Shown here in pieces: positions 44,106-56,571 of a stretch of 64,000 bases of DNA (position 1 is its first letter; each line of letters starts with the position of its first letter). Made by a program: the position numbers and the translations under genes. The DNA is from the human T2T-CHM13v2.0 reference genome, Homo sapiens. The stretch lies in NCBI RefSeq assembly GCF_009914755.1, contig NC_060929.1. One strand, 5' to 3'. The notes below the pieces were generated by a model. The model searched no databases and was not told where the DNA came from. It saw only the letters and a list, made by a program, of their open reading frames with translations.

Positions 44106-45594
44106 TTCTTAAAGAGTCAGAATATGTCACTGTCTTCAGAAATATTCTCAAAATTATGGAGAAGAAGTGATACACATTCCTATACAATTATAGAGCACTC
44201 AAGAAAAAGAAATGTATTTTGTTTTTAATACAAAATTAACAGGTTTTTTTTTCATAGGGAATAGAAAAAAACAGAAAGGAGAAAGATTATGCTTCATGCT
44301 TCTCAGAAGACTTTGTTCCCTTGCAGAATTATTTGACAATAAAATTCTTCTAGAAAAACTCACTTTTCTTGGTTATATTTCTCTCATCTCCATTCTCTCC
44401 TTTCTCTTCACCTCCCTGTTTCTTTCTTCCAATGAATTCTTTTAGAAGCCATGGATTCTGGCCAAGGTAGATGCAACACTTTGGAGTTAGTGAGATGAGG
44501 TCATTCCTCCATCCAGCTTTCTGCTTTCTGATCTCTCTTCCCTCTACTGACCAACCCGTTGCCCAATGGATATAATAAAAGAAAGACTACTTGCCACTGG
44601 CTTATATTATATTGGATTTTAATATTCCCAAGAGAATGTGTTAAATATATATTGTGCCACTGACCAGAAGCAAAGCATGATTGTAACAGACATGCTTCTA
44701 AGTATTTGCTCAGCCCACAGCCTACTCTGCTCCTGCTGCCCAAGGGGCATCCCACCCACCCACCCACAAATATGGATCGTTTGATTTAAATCGGAGGTGA
44801 GCACCAGAACCAACTCATCCATATGCATTGAGTTGGACAAACACATTCTTTCTTTTTCTCCTCTTTTCCCTCTTTCCTCTCCCTCTCTACAAATTCAGCT
44901 AAGGTGAATGCTAACCATTTGCAATGGTGTTTAAAGCAGAACAGTGGTGTTCTGTGGCAGAACTCTGTGCTACAGGACTCTGAAGGGAGAGTGTGCCCAC
45001 TGCCTCCCCACCCACCCCTCTTGCCCACCCCCACCACAGTTCCAGCAGCATCTCAGTCTATACAGTGCATCTTAGGCAGTGGGGGTGGCATCATTCCATG
45101 TAAAGCATATTCTATGCTCTATAAACCCTGAGCCCAATGCAATGCCATCTTAAGTAGGCCCAGGTCTGCCCCTTGCCCAGATGTGCCATCAGCACCCTTT
45201 CAACACTCTCTCCCCTCCCCTTTTCTCTATACTTAAAACTCCCTCTACCCCACCCAGATATCCAAAGGTGTTGATCCTACCCTCCCAAAGCTCCCACTGT
45301 AGCTAGCTCCTCAGAGGCCTCTCAGGGAAGAGCGAAGTGAGCTAATCAACCCAGCCTAGGCTTCTGTTGACCCAGAACCAATTCAAGATGAAGGCCATGC
45401 CTTAGACAGCAGCTGCCAGGGAAATACATGACTTATACAATGACATCAGCTGAAATTCACAAAGGTCATTGCATTTAACTCATTCCTCACCCAAGGTGAT
45501 GCAAACATGCTAACCCTTTTCCTCCCAGTCTTCTCTGGATGATCTTCTCCACTTGATTTTACTGGGATGTACATGAACAAGCTAGAGGAGCAGC

Positions 45595-46045
45595 CTGTGC
45601 CTGTTATCCTCTCCTCCCCACTGCTGAAGTCACTCTCCACCCTTCTCATCCTACTCTCTTGCTGGGGACACTGGACTGTATGAGTTTCATCAATGGACTC
45701 CCTTGCCCTTTGACCTCCAGTTGGGTTCTGCCAATTAGAGATCCTTAATAGGAGATAAGAGGGAGGGAGAAGGAGTGGAGGCTGGGGTATTTATGCCTCT
45801 GGCTTGATCCCTGAAGTATTGTCTTGCAGTCATCTCTATGTGATTCTCTCCACCCAGGTTCCAGTAACTGATCACTCCTCATATCATTTCTGGTGAGGAG
45901 TCGTAACTGAACTCAGTGGTGCTACACTGTCCTTTATGGATTCCATAAACACTGCTCATCCTTTGTAAACAGTCCCTTCATTAAACCTCCCTCCAATTGT
46001 TCTAATGCAAATGGCCCAACACATTCCTCCTGGGATCCTGAAATG
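45595..46045 (+). mobile_element. LTR33-family solo LTR
   Basis: 'cactctccacccttctc..catcaatggactcccttgccctttgacctccagttgggttctgccaat..ctttgtaaacagtcccttcattaaac'. Confidence 0.75.
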
Positions 46046-47724
46046 ATTCCTTAAATGATGTGGTCTATCCTATCTCCCCTTCCTGCCTACAATGGCCTTG
46101 GGCTCCGTCCTAACTCTGCTGCCTTTAAGATTGGTCTACCCTAAACTACATCCACATAACCCCAAGATTGTCTCTTCATGCCTAACCCACAAAGAGAGGT
46201 GATAGGAGTTAGGCTGAGGAGTGGGGATAGGGAAAGACAAGGCTCAGCATGGTCCCTGATAACCTCGTAGCTTCCAGGCAGATGAAGTGCAGGGTGGAGG
46301 CAGGCTGCTCTGAGCCCAGCTGGTCGGTGCTCAATCAGAAAGGATATGGGTTGAGCTCAGAAAGCCTGAGAGCAGTGGCACTCTGGAGCAGATCAGAAGC
46401 CAAGACTCTAAGAACAACATGCAAATCTGTGTAGGGAACATCAGAGGCTCCTGCCCAGGTCTGAGCAAGTGCAGACAGACAGGCTGGTTGTCAGGAGGCA
46501 CTGATTGACAGGGGAGAGGAGTGAATCAAATATGAAGCAAAGCAATAATCAATTAGCTCAGTCTGCAGATAGAAATAGATTCCTACAGATAGGAATTTAA
46601 GTCAGAGTTGCAAGGGGATTTAGAAATCACACACTTCAATCACTTCACTTTTAGATGAGGACTACCAGACTGTAGACACAGGGGTGATGAGTGCAGAACA
46701 AAGACAAACACCCAGAACTTCTCACTTCTAGATTAAGGATTTACCTGTGAAACCCATGCCTCTAAAAAGACAGGTGGATTCTACTTTTTTAATATTTTTA
46801 AACCAGAATAGCTTTGGATGAAAACATGATGTTATGACCTTGATATTTTTATATCAAGTATATTTTCAACTGGTCACTAGAAAAAAAAAAATAGATGTAG
46901 TAAAAAGAATCTACACAGGATCAAACTGATAATAGCTAAAATGATATATGTTAACTTTGATATTGACAAAAAACTGACTGAAGAATCTCATTGTGTTGGT
47001 AAGTCTCAAAACTACAAAAGTGAACCCTTTTAAAATTGCACTTTATAGAAATAACACAAAATAAAACTGACAAAGGCGAAAGCTTTACACAGAAAAAATT
47101 GTAATTGACTTTAAAAATTGACAAAAGAATCAAATCTTCTTGTCAAAAATTATACCTGCAAAATCTAGCCCAGGAAAATTAGGTTTGGTAGAAAATGACT
47201 ACAAAAGAAACCTCAAAATTGCTGATTGGAAAAGTTGGAAAGATTTAATACGGACACAAAATGGGATCACTGAATAAAGTCTAAATTATTTCAGTAAAAT
47301 AAAAATACTGAAAATTATTTAATGGCACAGGAAGAAATTTGATCAAAGAATTACATTAATTCAAGACAGTTGCTTCTAGAAAATAATTTCTTGATAATAT
47401 TTCCAGAAATGTTGGAATAATTCTGATGAAAACGTTTGTTTTCATTCAATAAAAAATGTCCTCAGGGTCAAAACAACTGAGAGAGAAGTACCTGATGTGG
47501 GACTTCTCAGGTAGCCCCCACTCTTGGGCCTTCCAGTTTTACACTTACCAAGTTTAAAGAAATCTAAGATCTCTTTCCAGGATCCTAACAACTTGCCTAG
47601 ATCAAAATAACATGTACTTCAGTGAATGATTTCAGCTGGTTGATAAAATCAAAGTTTACCAGAAGGCATGAAAGTTCAGAGATCCCCTTACCATTTCAAA
47701 GGGGGTTTGTACTTTAAAATCAAT

Positions 47725-48480
47725 CTACATGTCACCTCACACCCATTATGATGGCCACTATTTAAAAAGAAAACAGAAAATAGCAAGCGTTAGCACCAAT
47801 GTGGAGAAATTAGAGCCCTTGTGCACTGTTGGTGGAATATAAAATGATCCTGCCATTATGGAAAACAATATGGAGGTTCCTCAAAAAATTAAAGCTAGGA
47901 TTACCATATAATCTAGTGATATGGTTTGGCTCTGTGTCCCCACCCAAATCTCATGTGGAATTGTAATCCCCACATGTTGAAGGTGGGGCCTGGCGGGAGG
48001 TGATTGGATCACGGGGGTGGTTTCTAATGGTTTCGCATCATCCCTCTAGTATTGTCTCATGACAGAGTTCTCATGAGATCTGCTTTTTAAAAGTGTGTAG
48101 CACGTCCTCCTTCGCTCTGTCTCTCTCTCCTGCCACCATGTGAAGATGTGCCTGCTTCCCCTTCACCTTCTGCTGTGATTGTAAGTTTCCTGAGGTCTCC
48201 CAGTCATGTTTCCTGTACAGCCTGCAGAAACTGTGAGTCAATTAAACCACTTTTCTTCATAAATTACCCAGTCTCAGGTAGTTCTTTATAGGAATGTGAG
48301 AATGGACTAATACATCCAGCAATCCCACTTCTGGGCATATATCCAAAAAAGAATTGAAAGCAGTATCTTGAAGAGATATTTGTACACGCGTGTTCATAGC
48401 AGCACTATTCACAATAGCTAAGAGCCGAAACCAACCCAAATGCTCATTAACAGATGAATGGATAAACAAAAGAGTGTGTT
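47725..48480 (+). mobile_element. L1M (MA/MB) fragment interrupted by an MSTA LTR
   Basis: 'cacctcacacccatta..aatgtggagaaatt..tggaggttcctcaaaaaattaaa' resumes as 'tccagcaatcccacttctggg'. Confidence 0.8.
47917..48314 (+). mobile_element. MSTA-type MaLR solo LTR
   Basis: tgatatggtttggctctgtgtccccacccaaatctcat...gagaatggactaataca; TSD tctag/tccag. Confidence 0.9.
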
Positions 48481-48603
48481 TCTTTAAATGTGATTTTATG
48501 CTGGGATCATAGAGAACCCTGGATTTTATGCAAATGAGTGGGAAAAAAATTAACCCAATACAAAAAAGTAGGTTTATACTGATCATACAGGACAACACCT
48601 TTC

Positions 48604-49694
48604 AAGATTGTAAAAAGTTAAAACTTTTCTCTCTTTACATCACCTGTAATAATGACACCCCAAAAAGATTTTTCTCTATGTATCCTTAGTTTTGCACAAT
48701 CCCCTGGCCCCAGTGCTGTATCCCCATATCCCAGTTGAGAAGAATATGCCAATATTTAAGGCCACACAATAGGGTCAGCACATCAAGCTTCAGGACTTAC
48801 AGCCTCCATAAAAGAGAAAATTCTCCTTTCTCATGCCACTCTCTCAAAGCCAGGGTTCCTGAAGAAAGGATTTCTGGTGTTATTACACAAAGGAGATCCT
48901 GGAAATTAAGGTTTGCCATGGGTTATGTCCAGTACTGGAATAAACACAGAATTATGGAGGTACCTTCCTCTGTCTTCTTTGCAAACTCCTCGTTGCAGCT
49001 CCTGCCTTGCAAACCCCTCTGTCTTCCTTGCGAACCCCTCATTGTAGTTCAGAACTCTGCTTTGGCATCGCCTCCTGGTAAAGCCCCTGCTGCGTCCACC
49101 CTTCCAGCCACACTTCCTCACTCTCCTCTGCACCACTTTGGTGCTGCAGGAGTTACACTTTCTGTTGCAAAGATCAAGTAGTCTCGGGTGACCTCTGGTG
49201 ATGTGGGTGATTGGAAAGATACTTAAGGCAATAAGGAAGCACGGGTATGACACTAGGCAGGTTGCAGTCCAGCCTCCCAGAGCCCTGGGATGTCAGTAAG
49301 GGCTCCCCTTTGAGTCAGTAATGGTAGCACCCCCTTGAGAAGAGGGACCTTTGGCCCCTGACTCCTGACGGTGCCATACTCACAATTCCACTTCTCTCCT
49401 TCACCTCTCTGTGCTTCCGCTTCTCACCAGTTCAGCTGTTACCTCCACTTTTGTTTCTTTCTAATTCTACTCTGGTTCTGTAGTTGAGTTTCTCACAGTG
49501 GAAACTACCTGTGCTCTCACTGGTTGGGTCAGTGAGTTGCCTCCACTATTGGGCAGAATTCTGCTATTAGGCCTCCCAGAGCCCATTGGTAAACCTAAGA
49601 TTGTAAAAATGTAAAACTTTTCTCTCCTCAACGTCATCTGTAATAATGAAACCCCAAAAATATTTACTCTATGTATCCTGTAGTTTTGCACAAT
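48604..49694. repeat. ~98-bp dispersed direct repeat (48604-48700 and 49597-49694)
   Basis: aagattgtaaaaa..aaaacttttctctc..ctgtaataatga..ctctatgtatcct..tagttttgcacaat twice; about 12 differences by hand alignment. Confidence 0.92.
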
Positions 49695-50019
49695 TTTGTG
49701 GTTACCTTTGGCCAAGTTACAGATTCTTGATCAGTTCGATCATGGTTACTTACCAGGGTCACAAGACAGAAAGTCAACAACTTATGGAAAAAGAACACTC
49801 TTTGCTGCTTTGCTCAGAAGGTAATATGTACAAACTTGCATTATTGCATATATCACAATACAGCTTGTTTCTGCATAGCCCAGTCCCCTACAAGACTATA
49901 ACCGTGAGGCCAGTGGTATTTCCTATATTTGCATGTTCAGCATGTAGCATAGTGCCTGGTACATGGTAGATTCTCAATAAAGCTCTGTTGAAGTTAATTG
50001 AAATGAAAGTAAAATCAAA

Positions 50020-50165
50020 ATACCTGAATTCTAATTCTAATTTTGCTATTTCTTTGCTATCTGAACTAAGATAAGTTACTTAACCTTTCTGAACCTCCCT
50101 TTCTTCTTAAGTAAAAAGACATAGTTGTGGTAAATATTAAGTAAGATGTGGACATACCTAGCACA
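50020..50165 (+). mobile_element. MIR fragment
   Basis: 'cctgaattctaattc..ataagttacttaacctttctgaacctc..gttgtggtaaatattaa'. Confidence 0.6.
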
Positions 50166-50169
50166 GTTT

Positions 50170-50254
50170 TGTGTGTGTGTGTGTATGTGTGCGTGTGTAT
50201 ACATATATATATATTTAAACATATATATATATTTCAACATATATATATATATAT
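50170..50254. repeat. Compound (TG)n/(TA)n microsatellite
   Basis: gtgtgtgtgt.. then three 'catatatatatatattt' blocks. Confidence 0.9.
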
Positions 50255-50750
50255 TTAAACTGTCTCTTTGTTATACCACTGCCATGTATTGTAATTACAT
50301 TCAAATAGATCTTCTCTTAAACAGAGAGTAAGTTTTAAGGACAGGGTCTGTGTCTTATTAACCTTTGCACCTCCATACCACCACCCAAATTTCTGCTTTT
50401 GGTGGGTATTTAAGATAATTAATGGCATGAAGCGCCAATGGATTTATAAACTGTATGCGCTTAAAATCTCCATATATTAACATTTTTAACAATTTTTTAA
50501 AAGCAGGAAATATTAAGCATGACAAATTACGGTCAACCCGAGTTTCAATAACTCTGGGTGCCTAGCAATCTTCTAAGAGTCAAACGAAAGCAATGTTGCC
50601 TAGGTTGCAGTTTTCCAGTGTGTGTCTCCACCTACTGTATTTACTGGAAAGCTGCTGAAGCGTTCCTTCTAATCTTGAGGTTTTCAAGCGTCTATCTCTG
50701 GGACAAGCAAAGCTCTGCATTGGGCACCACAGTCTAGCACATGTTTTCAG

Positions 50751-50769
50751 GCACCACTAGAGGGCAGGC
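50751..50769 (+). promoter_or_regulatory. Candidate CTCF site
   Basis: CCACTAGAGGGCAG (50754-50767) fits the CCASYAGRKGGCRS core exactly; binding is inferred. Confidence 0.65.
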
Positions 50770-51217
50770 TAACGCTAACTTCGGGGACTACTAAGCAAGG
50801 GCTTTAGTCTCGAAAAAATGGGTAAACGCACCACTTGTTTCTTGGGTCTGTTTCTAAATGGAAAAGTACATGTGGGCATGTCCAGATTTGTATTTCGTGT
50901 TCCCTTGATTCGTTATTTAATCCTTCGGCTCACCTTTCCTTTTGTTTTCTATTTCCTCCTTCAAGTTCTTTCTCCTCTGGAGTGTAACAAATAAACCTTT
51001 TTCCCCCCCCCCCGTCAAAGCCTTAACCCATAAAAATAAATAAAGACGAAGGAACAGAAGGAAACACTGCATAATTTAGTTAGTGAAAGTTGGACAGCTG
51101 AGGTTTCCTTTGGGTTTATTCTAAAATAAAGGATTTTTTAAAGGTTCAACTTGCCTAATTTTTCATACTTTGGGCAGCTTGCCAAGATGGGAAGGGAAGG
51201 GGATTTGCAGAAAGAAG

Positions 51218-51222
<5 letters not shown>

Positions 51223-51304
<82 letters not shown>

Positions 51305-51306
51305 CG
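51223..51306. repeat. (AG)13(TG)24(CG)5 compound microsatellite
   Basis: Counted directly from the sequence. Confidence 0.97.
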
Positions 51307-52407
51307 CCCTCGCGCACGCGCATAGCGGGGCGCGTTTCTGGGTGTAGGGGATGTTTATAGGGATGGAGGAAGGAAATGAAAAGCAGATGTTGAGGAGTTG
51401 GATGGTCACAGAAAGAACACTGGCCTGCAAGTATTACTGGGCCACCATGAGCAGTGCTGGGACACAGCTCCACTGGACAGCCACCCCTTTCTGTAACCTG
51501 AGAGCAGCTACCCTACTCACACCTCAGTCTCCTCATCAAGCATGTGAGAAATTTGTACTAGATGATCTTCTGGTTCAAATATGAGCCTGTGTTGAGTGAG
51601 AGAAAACATGGGGGTTAGAAACACAGGATGAATATTTGTGGAGAATCTGAGAATGACAAACAGAAAGCAAGCAAGCCAACAAATACACCATGAAGCTGGA
51701 AGAGTCTTCCAGCTGACCCAAGTGTAGAAACAGTTGCCCCATTTAGAATATTTGGAACATTTTCCCTCCCATTATCAGGGCTCTAACACCGGGCTGCCCT
51801 CTGTTCTACCCTCTGGGAAGTCCAAGGGAAAAAGGTACCAAAGCAGACAAGCAAGGATAGAGACGGTGGTGGCATTGCAGGCTAGTCTGCATTGCGGCTA
51901 TAGAACAAAAATTTCCAACCCAAAATGATAAGCTAATAAAATTATAAACACAAACTTCCTCTAGCCAGTTAAAACAATGGTTCAAAGAAATACACACCCC
52001 TGGGGATCGTACTGCTATTCTTCCATAGTTAGTGGAAGTTCAGTGTTGGTTTTTCATGACTTTTGGAGGCCACTAACTTTCCATTTCACCTGCACAGTTT
52101 CAATTACTTTAATCGTATAGCTCTTTAATAATCAGCCTGGCTATGAGTTGGAAGCTTTAACTGCTCTCTGACAATAAGTAGTAGCTAATTAATTGCTACT
52201 TATGAACTTTCTATTTTTTTATCTTAATACTTCTGAGAGTCCTTTCCAGATAATCACTAGAGAATAAGGAGTTTTTACCCCCATGTGGCTATTCCTCTAA
52301 AACTAGCTATATTTAACTAGCTCTAAAATAGATGCGAACGATTGTTACTTTGCGTGCAACAAATACACAGGAAGAATTCGAAGAATTGTATTTTCAATTT
52401 GTTACAT

Positions 52408-52444
52408 CTGCAATTTCAAGTAACCACCACTAGGGGGTGGTGCT
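52408..52444 (+). promoter_or_regulatory. Candidate CTCF site with upstream motif
   Basis: ctgcaatttc-N6-ccaCCACTAGGGGGTGGtg: core with one C>T change plus a TGCAAT-type upstream module at the usual spacing. Confidence 0.55.
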
Positions 52445-52757
52445 AAATACTTAAATGGTAATTCTCAGTCTGAGTTCAAAAATGCAGATGTCTAGGTCTT
52501 GGAGAATCAGGATCTTCTGAGTAAGAGATTAGGAAATCTTCCCCTTTTTTATTATTATACTTTAAGTTCTGGGGTACATGTGCAGAACGTGCAGGCTTGT
52601 TACATAGGTATACACATGCCTTGGTGGTTTGCTGCACCCATCAACCCGTCATCTACATTAGGTGTTTCTCCTAATGCTATCCCTCCCCTAGCCACCCACC
52701 CCCCAACAGGCCCCAGTGTGTGATGTTCCCCTCCCTATGTCCATGTGTTCTCATTGT

Positions 52758-55700
52758 TCAACTCCCACTTATGAGTGAGAACGTGTGGTGTTTGATTTTC
52801 TGTTCTTGTGTTAGTTTGCTGAGAATGATGGTTGCCAGCTTCATCCATGTCCCTGCAAAGGACATGAACTCATCCTTTTTTATAGCTGTATGGTATTCCG
52901 TGGTGTATATGTGCCACATTTTCTTTATCCAGTCTATCACTGATGGGCATTTGGGTTGGTTCCAAGTCTTTGCTATTGTGAACAGTGCTGTAATTAACAT
53001 ATGTGTGCATGTGTCTTTATAGTAGAATGATTTATAATCCTTTGGGTATATACCCAGAATTGGATTGCTGGGTCAAATGGTATTTCTGGTTCTAGATCCT
53101 TGAGGAATCACCACACTGTCTTCCACAATGATTGAACTAATTTACACTCCCACCAACAGTGTAAAAGCATTCGTATTTCTCCACAACCTCTCCAGCATCT
53201 GTTGTTTCCCGACTTTTTAATGATTTCCATTCTAACTGGCATAAGATGGTATCTCATTGTGGTTTTGATTTATATTTCTCTAATGACGAGTGATGATGAG
53301 TTTTTTTTCATATGTTTGTTGGCTGCATAAATGTCTTCTTTTGAGAAGTGTCTGTTCATATCCTTGGCCCACTTTTTGATGGGGTTTTTTTTTTTCGTGT
53401 AAATTTGTTTAAGTTCTTTGTAGATTCTGGATCTTAGCCCTTTGTCACATGGATAGATTACAAAAGTTTTCTCCCACTCTGTAGGTTGCCTGATCAGTCT
53501 GATGATAGTTTCTTTGGCTGTGCAGGAGCTCTTTAGTTTAATTAGATCCCATTTGTCAATTTTGGCTTTTGTTGCCATTGCTTTTGGTGTTTTAGTCATG
53601 AAGTCTTTGCCCATGCCTATGTCCTGAATGGTATTGCCTAGGTTTTCTTCCAGGTTTTTTATGGTTTTAGGTCTTATGTTTAAGTCTTTAATCCATCTTG
53701 AGTTAATTTTTGTATAAGATGTAAGGAAGGGGTCCAGTTTCAGTTTTCTGCATATGGCTAGCCAGTTTTCCCAACACCATTTATTAAATAGGGAATCCTT
53801 TCCCCGTTTCTTGTTTCTGTCAGGTTTGTCAAAGATCCGATGGTTGTAGATGTGTGGTGTTATTTCTGAGGCCTCTGTTCTGTTCCATTGGTCTATATCT
53901 CTGTTTTGGTACCAGTATCATGCTGTTTTGGTTACTATAGCCTTGTAGTATAGTTTGAAGTCAGGTAGCATGCTGCCTCCAGCTTTGTTCTTTTTGCTTA
54001 GGATTGTCTTGGCTATGCGGGCTCTTTTTTGGTTCCATATGAAATTTAAAGTAGTTTTTTTCCAATTCTGTGAAGAAAGTCAATGGTAGCTTGATGGAGA
54101 TAGCATTGAATCTATACATTACTTTGGGCACTATGGCCATTTTCATGATATTGATTCTTCCTATCCATGAGCATGGAATGTTTTTCCATTTGTTTGTGTC
54201 CTCTCTTATTTCCTTGAGCAGTGATTTGTAGTTTTACTTGAAGAAGTCCTTCACATCCCTTGTGAGTTGGATTCCTAGGTATTTTATTCTCTTTGTGGCA
54301 GTTGTGAATGGGAGTTTACTCATGATTTGGCTCTCTGTTTGTCTATTATTGGTGTATAGGAAAGCTTGTGACTTTTGCACATTGATTTTGTATCCTGAGA
54401 CTTTGCTGAAGTTGCTTATCAGCTTAAGGAGATTTTGGGCTGAGACGATGGGGTTTTCTAAATATACAATCATGTCATCTGCAAACAGAGACAATTTGAC
54501 TTCCTTTCTTCCTATTTGAATACCCTTTATTTCTTTCTCTTGCCTGATTGCCCTGGCCAGAACTTCCAATACTATGTTGAATAGGAGTGGTGACAGAGGG
54601 CATCCTTTTCTTGTGCCAGTTTTCAAAGGGAATGCTTCCAGTTTTTGCCCATTCAGTATGATATTGGCTATGAGTTTGTCATAAATAGCTCTTATTATTT
54701 TGAGATACGTTCCATCAATACCTAAAGAGATTTTTAAGGGGTGGTGAATTTTATCGAAGGACTTTTCTGCATCTATTGAGATAATCATGTGGTTTTTTTC
54801 ATTGGTTCTGTTTATGTGATGGATTACGTTTATTGATTTGTATATGTTGAACTAGCCTTGCATCCCAGGGATGAAGCCAACTTGATCGTGGTGGATAAGC
54901 TTTTTGACGTGCTGCTGGATTTGGTTTGCCAGTATTTTACTGAGGATTTTTATATCAATGTTCATCAGGTATATTGGTTTGAAATTTTTTTGCTGTTGTT
55001 TTGTCTCTGCCAGGTGTTGGTATCAGGATGATGCTGGCCTCATAAATGAGTTAAGGAGGATTTCCTCTTTTTCTATTGTTTGGAATAGTTTCAGAAGGAA
55101 TGGTACCAGCTCCTCCCTGTACCTCTGGTAGAATTCAGCTGTGAATCCGTCTGGTCCTGGACTTTTTTTGGTTGGTAGACTATTAATTACTGCCTCAATT
55201 TCAGAACTTGTTATTGGTCTATTCAGGGATTTGACTTCTTCCTGGGTTAGACTTGGGAGAGTGTACGTATCCAGGAATTTATCCATTTCTTCTAGATTTT
55301 CTAGTTTCTTTGCATAGAGGTATTTAGAGTATTCTCTGATGGTAGTTTGTATTTCTGTGGGATCAGTGGTGATATCCCCTTTATCATTTTTTATTGCATC
55401 TATTTGATTCTTCTCTCTTTTCTTCTTTATTAGTCTGGCTAGCGGTCCATCAATTTTGTTGATCTTTTCAAAAAACCAGCTCCTGGATTCATTGATTTTT
55501 TGAAGGGTTTTTTGTGTCTCTATCTCCTTCAGTTCTGCTAGTTCTCTCCATTGTGATGTTAAGGTGTCAATTTTAGATCTTTCCTCCTTTCTCTTGCGGG
55601 CATTTAGTGCTATAAATTTCCCTCTAAACATGGTTTCAGCTGTGTCCCAGAGATTCTGGTGCACTGTGTGTTTGTTCTCATTGGTTTCAAAGAACTTATT

Positions 55701-56508
55701 TATTTCTGCCTTCATTTCGTTATTTACCCAGTAGTCACTCAGTAGCAGGTTGTTCAGTTTCCATGTAGTTGTGCAGTTTTGAGTGAGTTTCGTAATCCTG
55801 AGTTCTAATTTGATTGCACTGTGGTCTGAGAGACTGTTTGTTATGATTTCCATTATTTTCCATTTGCTGAGGAGTGTTTTACTTCCAATTATGTGGTCAA
55901 TTTTAGAATAAGTGTGATAAGGTGCTGAGAAGAATATATATTCTATCAATTTGGGGTGGAGAGTTCTGTAGATGTCTATTAGGTCTGCTTGGTCCAGAGC
56001 TGAGTTCAAGTCCTGAATATCCTTGTTAACTTTCTGTCTCATTGATCTGTCTAATGTTGACAGTGGGGTGTTAAAGTCTCCCACTATTATTGTGTGGGAG
56101 TCTAAGTCTCTTTGTAGGTCTCCAAGAACTTGCTTTATGAGTCTGTGTGCTCCTGTATTGGGTGCATATATATTTAGGATAGGCAGCTCTTCTTGTTGCA
56201 TTGATCTCTTTACCATTATGTAATGCCCTTCTGTGTCTCTTTTTATCTTTACTGGTTTAAAGTCTGTTTTATCAGAGACTAGGATTGCAACCTCTGCTTT
56301 TTTTGCTTTCCATTTGCTTGGTGAATATTCCTCCATCCCTTTATTTTGAGCCTATGTGTATCTCTGCAAGTGAGGTGGGTCTCCTGAATACAGCACACCA
56401 ATGGGTCTTGACTCTTTATCCATTTGCCAGTCTGTGTCTCTCAATTGGGGCATTTAGCCCATTTACATTTAAGGTTAATATTGTTATATGTGAATTTGAT
56501 CCTGTCAT
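52758..56508 (-). pseudogene. Disrupted L1 ORF2 (endonuclease / reverse transcriptase)
   Basis: Starts atgacaggatcaaattcacat; EN motifs NIYAPN, GDFN, SDH in 55023-56336; RT motif LFADDMIVY in 54234-54788; frameshifts, stops and small deletions. Confidence 0.92.
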
Positions 56509-56571
56509 TATGATGCTAACTGGTTATTTTGCCTGTTAGTTGATGCAGTTTCTTCATAGCATCAATGGTCT

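Noticed and set aside
48735-49181. 148-aa ORF inside the direct-repeat-flanked segment
   Set aside because: Non-ATG start, no recognisable domain, length within chance range
50865-50883. p53 response element (gtacatgt gggcatgtcc)
   Set aside because: Only one perfect half-site; the second CATG is out of register for a full element
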